From the NCBI RefSeq assembly GCF_000150275.1, contig NW_002060945.1:1492199-1556198 (forward strand): a DNA stretch of 64,000 bases. Reading direction: 5' to 3'. This document shows positions 54,301-64,000 of this stretch, in pieces; position 1 is the stretch's first letter, and every line of letters starts with the position of its first letter. Both the position numbers and the translations under genes were made by a program. Source of the stretch: Trichoplax adhaerens (Eukaryota; Animalia; Placozoa). Under the pieces are notes generated by a model, which did no database searches, was not told the origin of the DNA, and saw only the letters and a list, made by a program, of their open reading frames with translations.

Positions 54301-57300
54301 ATAGCACGACCCCAAATGGCTGAAGATTAAAATTATACCCGTAGCCCTTGGTAGTTGTAAATGAACCTAAATCATCGAGTACTCATTCTCCTCAAGGATT
54401 AAAAGGTAAGATGGACAATGGTTCCCACTTCATTGAACCATAATCTCATCTTTTCGTCCATTTCTAAATCCCTTCTTGACAATATATCATAGCCTAGTCT
54501 ACAAAAAAAACGACGATGATAAAGTGAGAAAAACTTCCACTGCATCCAAATTTATTTGAAAATATAATAATATTCGTTCATTTCCAGGTAAAAAAAAGTC
54601 CAACCTATTCTTTCTCCTTCCTCTTCACAACATTGATTCTCCTCCATGACAACTAGGAATGGGGCAGAATAACTATCTAATTGAATTTTAAATGCATGCT
54701 TGTTCATTCCCAGCCCCTTCTTGACTACAGTCATGAAATGCGCGCTGTGTCCATTTTCTACTCTCGTCCATGACAAATGAAATAAATTACTCTGAATTTA
54801 CCGTAAGTGGATGGACACGTTCATTCATTTTTACGATAAGGTGCAATCTATTCTTTAATATTCTTGAAAAAGTCTATTATCCTCATTTTGACAATCATTC
54901 ATGATAGGGAAAAGCGCCACCCAATCTGACTATCCACTAACACCATCCATGTGCCCCTCCACTTTGGCTCTATTCTTCATCCTGATCAAATACTATTGAA
55001 TTTGATCGCCTATTTTCTCTCAATAACAGCCATATCAACGAGAAAATGATAACTAAAGTAACCGTAGAAAATTAAATCTTTTCAATTAATACTAGTCTTG
55101 ATCATGGTGAAATGCTACTGCATTCGATCGTCTATTTAATCTCAATGGCAGCCATGTCAATGGGAAAATAATAACTAAATTAAACATTTGAAAAATTAAT
55201 CCTTCCAATTCTAGTTTATCGAATCGTCATCATGATGAGAATACCAGAACTACACACTCTCTCTCAGTAGTCCCTGAGAATACTGCGGCACTATCCTCTA
55301 CTCTTCTTGACAGGAACCATAAAAGGATTACAGAATGAAACCTTAAAATCCATCCGCTCTATCTCTTGTTTACATGATATTCATGATCATGAGAATGCTA
55401 CGATTTCCATCATCTTTCCTCACAATAGCGATCGCATAGACAGTATAAGCATGACTGATGTAAGCCTAAAATTTATTCTTTTTCCTTCGTATTTTATTTT
55501 TCATTTTTAAAGGAAAAAAGACTACCTATTGATACTGTTTCAATATAGAGGTATCGGTTTAGCTGCAAGGAAATCTTAATTCATGCTGTGTCATGATGGA
55601 AATATCCCTTACACTGCAAGCAATCATACTCATAGCGTGAAGAGGAGATCTTTCTTAGCGACGATGTGTTTTCCTACTTCAAATCGAAATAATCAGTGTA
55701 AAACGGTAGGATCTATCTAATATTAAAGACGAAATCGATCGATAATGCCATCAGCCAATCTATGATATATTCAATTAATATCTACGCCATCGCATGTTCA
55801 TCGGCACAAGTTGAAGTTGCGTAAAATTGTGTTCAATTTTAGTCGTGCTATATCATCTAGCGAAAAGCAAAGTGTTTCCCCCTTATAGGACAAATGCTAG
55901 AAGATGCGCAGTGACAACATTAGGAAAGATCGAAAGAGATGTTTTTTTATAGCCTTTTGCAAATTTAGGTCAAAATAAAAAGAGACTGAAAAATTCGTCG
56001 TCAACTTGTGACTGACAAAGTAGCAATCAGTTGGCGAAATAATAACCTAACGATGACAGAGATCTAATGACAAAATATTTCTACTTTAGAAACAGCTTCC
56101 TATCGATCATTATTTCTTGACTAAACGTCAATTCTAAGAATAGAAATTCTTACAAAGATATATTACTCTTGTTATTAGTAAGTAATTTTACTCCATAGGA
56201 TAGTAAAATATATTCTTGGATCGGCTTTATAAGTAAAAGCGGATTTAATTATTATTTCATGTTCCAACTATGACAGGCGATCAATGAAAGACTAAATGAC
56301 GATCGGGAAACAGTTACAATTTTCAGAAAATTAGCATTAAACGACCATTTCACAAAGGTTATGCATGTCTAGCCTTTATTTATCCCTTATGACGGTGACA
56401 GAAAATCGATTAAAGACTAAATTTCTATTGCGAAACGCTTCTAATTTTTCTGATTAAATAAGCCATTTTAAAGATCATGCATGTCTAACTGCTATTATAA
56501 ATTATCGATATTACGATTGCGAAATGGTAAAATTCTTTCAAACACTAAGATTAAACAGACTCTTTTTCTATAAGAGCATGCATGTCTAACCCGTTATTCA
56601 TGATCATTAGAATTATAACAGAAAGTAAATTAAAGAGTAAATGATAATTGTGAAACGGCCAAAAAACTAGGATTAAGTTAAACAGACCATTTTACAAAGA
56701 TCAAGTATCGCTATCTGATCATTAGAACTGGGATAGAAAGTCAATTAAAGACTAAATGACGATTGTGAAACAGTACAACTACAAAAGCGTAAGATTCAAC
56801 AGATCATTTTGTACAGATGCATGCAGGTCGAACCCTTATTGACCATTAGAATCGTGATAGATGTCAATTAAAGACGAATAAATTACGATTGCGATAGGGT
56901 AAAATTCTCGGACATGTAGATTTGAAAAGAGAACTTTACAAAGGCCCCTAGGTTATCCTTTCTTTAGCGCCATTTTATTTATGGATTGGATCATGATTGA
57001 TGATAGCTCCGAAGGTGCGGTAGTAATCATCGATTTGATGTTGATAGACTTTAAAACCGGATAGGTAAATACTGCCACGTCTCACTTTTTTGCACTAGTT
57101 TTTGTTTTCAACAGTCAATAAGGTAGCTGCAAAAGATGCGGTAGTGCAGTATAGTAGAGAGAATTGTTGACCATCATCGCCGTTAGGGTAGGCCATTGGA
57201 TACTCATTGTTTATAGTTGATTTGAATGGATATTATAAACTAATAAAAATTACTCCAAGTAGACAAGTTGTATAAGTAACAGTAAAAGTAGAAATAATAT

Positions 57301-60300
57301 CTAGATAGGGTTCTATCTGAAATAAAATGATCGCTTTAAATACTTGTACTATCTTTATTACAATCTTATAGCGCAAAGGGAAAAAATGAAGTTTATCAAA
57401 GTGATAATGTCTTGTTAGCCATTCTTGCTAGCACAATATGGTTGTAACACAGTATTAGTACTAGCTAATTTAGTTATTGAAGTTAATAAATTGTGGCAAG
57501 TTTGTTCAATGTCAATGGTAAATATCTCTATTTCAAAAATGAGCAATTCATTATTGCTTCTATTAGCTTCTAATCTTATGTGAGATCCACTCGCTACACT
57601 GTATAATCATATTAATGTTTAAGAGTACTCTTCTTATTTCTTGTATTTTTGATCAACAGGCCTTTAAGCTGTAGTACAATTCGCTTAATGAACCCTCAAA
57701 TTTTTATCTAAAACGACATTGCAAACCCATAGCCTATACTCTTATATAGCACTACTTTTTCCATTTCTGGTATTTCTTGATAGTAAAAGCATTTCAATTC
57801 GAATCAAACTGACTCTATAGTTACTTTCTCTTCAATTTTTGAATTTTTTTCTTTAAACTTTGATAGACAATACGGTAGTCAATCTTCATTTTACAGTACT
57901 TTATTTACTCTATATAACCTACTGTACACTTTCATACAGCACTGTTCTTCTTCTTTCTAGTATTTATTGATTCTAAAGTCTTTAAATTCTAGTAAAATTC
58001 ACTGGATAGCCAATCTCTCTTCAATTCTTGAACTTTTTTACCTTAAGACTTGTGTAAAACTCATTACACAGTAAGTCTCTATTTGCTAACGCAAGGCCTG
58101 TCCTCGATTCCTACAGCACTACTATAAACTTTCAATTTCTCGTATTTCGCATTCTAAAAGTCTTTAAGCTCTAGTAAAATTTATAAAACGATAAATGTCT
58201 CTCTAAATTTCTAGAATTTTCGTCCTGAAGCTTCTACAAAAGTCACTACACACAGTAGTCGATCTTTTACTTTATCTCCTCTATTCCCACAGTACCATTA
58301 TTGCACTTCTTACATTTTTAATTCTGTCTTGAAACCCAATAGAATTCACTCAATAATTAATCGATCTTTGTCCATTCCTTGCAATTTTTAATGACTAAAC
58401 AACCGTAAAAGTCTTTCGGTAGTTTATCTCCACTTTTATCTTCTCTCTTGGTCATAAATTATGGCTGTATTTTTTTCATTATCGGTATTACTTGCAGTTG
58501 TAAATCAGTTGGATTATTCCCACCCCCGACTTGGGAGACTGCCTGTAGTAGTCAGCATGGACAACATTTAATTACAGTACGTCATAAATTGATGTGTCTA
58601 GCCTCCGCTTCTAATATTTTTTAAAAGAGATTGTAATAACTTCATTCAAAATTTAAGTAGAGCAATAACTTGAATAAATCATGTATTAAAAAAAGAATCT
58701 GACTAGTAATCATTTCATCATTAATTTACCAGGTATCGGTAATCAGTTTCAATTGCAATCACCATCTTGTTAGAGTTGTAATTATCGTAACCATGTCTAC
58801 ACTTTTCTACAACTATCAAAAGAGTGTAATGTATAATCATGCTCCATTTTTAGAGATCAACAACTGGCATTTTATAGCGTTGTAACACCAGAGGAGACTA
58901 TAGTCCTCAATAGTGAAGAATGATTTTAATCATGATAATTAGACTTGTAATTTGTTATGACGCTATTTGCTTTATCAATAACGCCTAGTATTAATTTTTG
59001 TCTTGCAAAACTAAGTGAATTAGGACTAAACTAGTCTACTTGACGATAACAACTCTGCTTTAACTTCCGTTGTAGTTCAAGCAAGAATTGGATAACTGAA
59101 TTTTTTTTAAAATTGCCAACATGAACGTGTTACAAAATGATCAATCATTCTCTTCCATTACTTTTCAATAGGACAGCCAGTTAAAAATGTCATCCCAAAC
59201 ACAGTGGAATATTAAGAAAATGTTTATGCTATCCATTCCCAATATTATTCTTGAGTGCATCAACTCGGTTGGAATCTATCATGATGATTGCATAACGTAT
59301 AATATATCCTTATGATAATTACATTACATTAATAATATTCAACTGGGCAAAACATATGATCGATGATATTATAGAATTAAATAAGCAAATTGAATTCTCT
59401 ATCCATTCTTTCGAAAATGAAATATCATTAATAAAACAAAATGGAGCCGAATGGTCAAACTTGATTTCATGTTTTTTAACCGGAAAGATTTCACCCAAAA
59501 CTCCAATGAAATACTGGATAATATGCATGAAGAATAGAAATATGCATCATTAGGCCATGATCGATTTTCTATCCATGCAATAAAATACGATGAAATAGAC
59601 GTGTAGCCGATATAGGAGTAAAAAGTAGAAAAATTGCACTTGGATAGAGTGGCTAACTCTAGCCATAGACTACTTGTAGGCTAGGATTGCATTCTATCCT
59701 TTTCACACACTGTATATTGATTGGTAAAGTTTGAAGTTCAAATCTACTAAAGGAGTTGTGAATAATTTAGCCATATTATGAATTCAATCATTGACAGTTG
59801 TCATCGTTATTCGAAATAACTTGATCGTTGAGTATTTACCAAGTTAATGTTTTCACTTTAACTTTTCAATCATGGCTCGAGCAATAGAAGTCATACAATC
59901 TAGGTTCAATCTAATTTATCCACTTTACTGTATTTGGTTAGCTGTGCAAAAGATAGAGTAGCATTACCATACAGTCCAACTGGATTCTGTTTCGACTCAA
60001 TATGACAATATTAACTTGTGATAATGTCCCTATCAATTAGCGTTTACAATGTTCAACGGACCGCTACAATCATTGAAATCTTTAACAAGCAAGAACTGAC
60101 ATGGAATGAAGATAACAAAATAATCATATAATTCGCCATTTTACAGAGAAAGAAAAATGATATAATCGGTTCAAATTCATACCTGCTTCTCGTTATCCTT
60201 ATTCCTCGGTACACATAACACGGGTTCGCAACAGCTGTTTTCCAGTAAGATAATTCCAGAGGCTTTATTGGAATTTTCACTTTCATAGCTGAATAATATA

Positions 60301-60467
60301 TTTTGATATAAAACATACCAACGAGTTTGCCATTTACTTTTACCTGTTACTTGATCCGTAGTCACCTTTCGATGTAATCTACCACTCGTTGTTGATTGAG
60401 TTCTAGCATTAGCTGACAACCAATTTAATTGGGCTTCGTTAACGCGCAATGATGGCGGGAATAGCAT
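36388..60467 (-). CDS. RASGRF: Ras-specific guanine nucleotide-releasing factor (RasGRF): PH1, coiled coil, IQ, DH, PH2, REM, CDC25
   Basis: Exon 1 (60183-60467) [32 protein letters not shown]; exon 2 (47633-47739) HIFTIEL...AWV; IQ motif [15 protein letters not shown]; DH segment [26 protein letters not shown] and [13 protein letters not shown]; [25 protein letters not shown]; REM segment [18 protein letters not shown]; CDC25 segments [45 protein letters not shown] and LSLQLEPR. Confidence 0.95.
46820..47100. repeat. Degenerate ~120-bp intronic tandem repeat (2-3 copies)
   Basis: TTATAAAAC.GT.ATTT..GTTTCATTTTATGAAA at ~46842 and ~46955, with partial GTAGTTATAAAA at ~47079. Confidence 0.65.
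49515..50290. repeat. ~125-bp tandem repeat with a central 20-bp palindrome, 5 copies, in RasGRF intron 1
   Basis: Core ATCAAG.GC.TGAAGGAA..NN..TCCTTCATCTTGATT at 49527, 49653, 49938, 50062 and 50195. Confidence 0.9.
53120..53920. repeat. ~230-bp degenerate tandem repeat (3 full copies plus 1 partial) in RasGRF intron 1
   Basis: CTGAATTCTTAAT....TGTATCT..GCTCG.ATTCAAT at ~53174, ~53407 and ~53625. GCTCAT...TATTCTCCAT in each unit. Confidence 0.85.
54080..54590. repeat. ~290-bp duplicated segment in RasGRF intron 1
   Basis: TTCTCCTC.AGGAT.AAA, GATGATAAAGTG and ATAATATTCGTTCATTT each occur twice, ~285-290 bp apart. Confidence 0.8.
54990..55215. repeat. ~120-bp duplicated segment in RasGRF intron 1
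   Basis: GATCG.CTATTT..TCTCAAT..CAGCCAT.TCAA.G.GAAAAT.ATAACTAAA at ~55004 and ~55126. Confidence 0.8.
56270..56940. repeat. ~115-120-bp degenerate tandem repeat (~6 copies) in RasGRF intron 1
   Basis: Recurrent AAAGACTAAATGACGAT..GAAAC, ATTAAAC.GACCATTT, ATGCATGTCTA and TGA.CATTAGAA. Confidence 0.85.
57600..58450. repeat. ~180-bp degenerate tandem repeat (~4 copies) in RasGRF intron 1
   Basis: Recurrent ACAG(C/T)AC...TTC..GTATTT...TTCTAAA.GTCTTTAA..TCTAGTAAAATT...TCTCT.T.AATT at ~57745, ~57935, ~58113 and ~58290. Confidence 0.7.
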
Positions 60468-63400
60468 ATTGACTTCTTTCTACTCGATGCGTTATCGGCA
60501 CACTAAACCACGATAGAAATTGACTGGATGTTGTCTTCCTTCACAAAAGCTTGAAAACACAGATGTGTACAAGATTGCACATATGTAGACGAAATTGCAA
60601 CGATGAATTAATAATCACTATGGTCCGACAAAAAAATTTCGACCGGCGTGGATGAAAAGGGGAGAAAAAAAATATTTGCAGGTTAATCTCTCTTTCTCTT
60701 TCTCTCTGTTGGAATAATTCTGTGGTATGACAAAATTGAAATAAAGCTAAATGGACTAGCCTAAAGGCGAAAAAATAGAGATAGGTTGGATTATAAACGT
60801 GCAAGACAATAACTCTTTGAGTTAGTAGATACTTAAAAGTGAAATACCACTGTTGTGGATATCTATTACTGCAATGTACAGTAGACTATAGAGTAATCCA
60901 AGCTAACGGGTCAAAAAAATGGAATAAGGAAATACACTACAGCTTTGTCAATACAACGCATGAACAATATCAGCTACTGTAGTTGTATAAAAAGCAGTTT
61001 GAATTTTAATAATAAATAGGTAAAGTATTAAGAATGTAGAATAATAGCTACAGTTTACTTTACCACCTGATTTTTACCAAATTGTTTTCTCTGCAAGTTA
61101 ATTCTATTAATTATTATTATAATTATAGAAAATTGTAGATACTGTGCCTTTACAGTATGGAAGTTCTCAAAAAAAAAAAATGGCCATTTCAACGATGAAA
61201 ATGCAATTGATCGGATTTTTAACCATCTTGATTGAACTAACGGTATTGTATGTTTACGCTGAATAGGATCGATGAAAACTGCCGGTAGTACAGTGTTGAA
61301 AATTGGAAATTTGGTTAGCATATTGTCATCATTTATATTTTTATTTTCCATACCTAAACGGCTACAATACCGTTCTACTCCTATCATTCATCGATTCATA
61401 ACGGGTATAATACGATGGTAAGGAGAGACCACCGAGGTAAGAAGAAAACGAAGAGGGGGGGGGGGGGAAATAAACTACACAATCTTTATCCTTTCTTTTC
61501 TACTAGTATAGAATGTAGACATCGATGGAATGCTTACATCATTCCTAATTTGAACTACTCAATCATTTAACGCAGTAGATCGTTGATTTAATCAGTAGGC
61601 TATAAAATATCAACAAAAATATCCATACCCTAAATTGGACGCGCTAAATTTTACCGGCTGTCCAATCCGTAATATCTTGAAATAGTTTTACAGCTTGTTT
61701 GCCTACTTGGATAGCCTTGGAAAGTGTTACTTGCTTGCCTCTTTTTTTTCTCTCTCTCTTCACTTTGAAAAGTTGGAAACTGATAGTGTTTTATTATTAA
61801 ACAGATTAGAAAATATGTAAATGAAAATAATAGCAAAATAGAAGGGGATACCTATTGTTGTCAAGAGGACAAAAGGCCATGATGGCGTAATCTGTTCTTG
61901 GTCAAGAAGCTTTCACTGATTTTACTCTTTATAGATAGAGTCTAGTATAGCTTAAAGAGTAGTGATTGATAACCGAGTTGTTAAATTCAATTGATTCTAG
62001 CCATGATAGCTGGAATGGAGAGAAAAGATCTCTTTGTGTTTAATTATAATTAGTACTTTTGCCTTAGGCTGGTTAGCGAAAGCGTAGTTACAAATTTGAT
62101 TATGCCAAATGAGTCAATTCAAGTCATTCTTGTAGACGTATATATTACAATCTACTCAATTTAGTATGGTGTTAGCTCACCATGATACCTTTTTCATCAA
62201 ATCGATCATGGGTTTCTATACAAATTTTTAACTTAGTCAGGGAGATTATGCCACAATCACGGCTAAACACCATCCTACTCTACCAATGCGTACACGGTAT
62301 TTTACAATGGATATAGACTATATAAGATATAGTATACGATGATGGCACTACTCAGTAAACTATATTTACTGTTATATAATTTTAATTGAGCTACCTGCAT
62401 ACAAGTAACATTTTTCGCTCAGAAGATTTCCCTCCCCCCCCCCCCAAATAAAAAGAAGAAAAATTCTTATACGTAAATATCCAACTCTGGGTCGCATTCA
62501 GTCTTAAAGCTATTAATGTGATGGATTGGAACCCCAATTTACTTTATAGAGAGTATATTATTAAGGGTATAAAACCCTGTTGGCAATCGTAATATTTTAT
62601 TTTGCAGCTACAGCCTCCGCATCTATTAGGAAACGATGTACAACATGTATTCCCAAATGAGGTTTGGCTCTAAACTGAACGTAGTCCTAGTTTCACCATT
62701 GGTGAAAAAAAATATCCATTTTTATCCAAGCTGAAATCTAACATGCAGCACCTTTTATGAATTCTATCCAACTTGATAGGCAACGATAAGCTTTTTATAG
62801 TAGTATATTATTTATTCATTTCTAATGATAAAGCTCTCATAGCGAACTAGAAGGCTTATATTGGCATATTAAAGACGATGGTACGGTAGTTTGTCTATTA
62901 ATAAAGCTCTTTATATACTGTAGACATAGGAATTCAATACAGATAACTTGCAGCAGTAGTATCTCTACAAGCGAAATCGCGATCCACGTAGCAAAGCCCA
63001 AATAGTTGGAGATGTAATACGCTTATGTTATGATGACGGTGCAATAAATGATCTTTTAATTTCCACTGCTAAGGAAAGAATGCTCTATCTTACTGGTAAT
63101 AATTATAAAATAACCATCTATAAAGTCAAATTTGAGTACAATGCTAACGTTGATTCGCCGTAGCTCGATGATATTTGACATGCTATAAACTATCGGAAGA
63201 AGATAGACGAAGCATTACATTACAATGTACAATAAATCATAGATGAGAAGGATTGTCCGCTAGCTGAATATATATGATGCACTTTAAGTAGTTTTATACG
63301 AGAAGATAAATCCTATCCTGCACAATTTATATACAGTGTCTGCAGCAGGACATTTTATCTATTCTATCAATTTCAGTACTAGAGGAAAACTCTTATTAAA

Positions 63401-64000
63401 CTTGCCAGTATAGCATATTAGAAAGATTACTTTTCAAACCCTGTGGCCGCACAAAGCTACATCCATAGAGTAATTATAAATCATAGAATCAATTATTCTA
63501 AATCTAAATACCCAAGTTGACTGTGATTATAACATAATTACCATTACTGACTAATAACTATTACTGCAGTAACAATCACCATCATATGCTTCGATAATTA
63601 ATATTAACAGGTACAATGACTCTTTCTTTACTGCTTTTAAATATTTAACATCTACTGCAACAATATTAAATTCACCGATTGAATCAAGAAGAGTCATAAC
63701 ATTAGTGATGGAAGGATTAAAATCATTTCATTTGTTTATGGCAAAAATAGGCTGACATCACCACCTTCCTTGAGGTGGAAGAAAGAATAAGTTTCTGGAC
63801 TCTAATCTGTGAATCACTAATATCATTCCATCTATGAAATTTCATCAAAATTGATACTAAAGAGGAGAATATATACGCTTGATGAAGATAGTTATATTTT
63901 ACAATTTGTATGACAGAATTTTTGCATTTCACATAATGACATTCATCTTTACAACGCCCTTTAAGCATTCGAGACATCCAAATTTCCAACTGATAGAATA

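Noticed and set aside
59319-59553. Overlapping 65-69-aa ORFs in RasGRF intron 1
   Set aside because: Short and AT-rich, with no recognisable homology or splice context.
63611-63989. Possible exon or ORF at the window end
   Set aside because: No recognisable motif on either strand; cannot be supported without flanking sequence.

Overview
This is AT-rich eukaryotic genomic DNA with short GT-AG introns and compact genes. Composition and gene structure suggest an early-branching animal, most likely a placozoan such as Trichoplax; that identification is an inference. Manual splicing gives eight multi-exon protein-coding genes: FAM172A/ARB2A (+), SNX22/24 (-), a DAZAP1/Hrb27C-type two-RRM protein (-), COMMD10 (+), CFAP141/C1orf189 (-), C19orf25/UPF0449 (-), KIAA0825 (+) and a full-length RasGRF (-) with a 12.4-kb first intron. 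The most notable observations are: (1) a nested tandem array of in-frame phase-1 micro-exons that builds a TQT- and SQ/TQ-rich acidic N-terminal arm on FAM172A; (2) mixed-orientation CAGTA/TACTG arrays with higher-order units at the two divergent promoters; (3) a 16-bp palindrome-containing motif placed sense-wise upstream of both endosomal genes; (4) an array of 20-bp palindromes, one with a compensatory change, in the RasGRF intron; (5) a canonical RFX X-box at the ciliary gene; and (6) apparent deep linkage conservation with human 5q, 19p13, 15q and 1q. Gene identities come from recalled motif similarity, not database searches. No tRNA, rRNA, CRISPR array or transposase was recognised.
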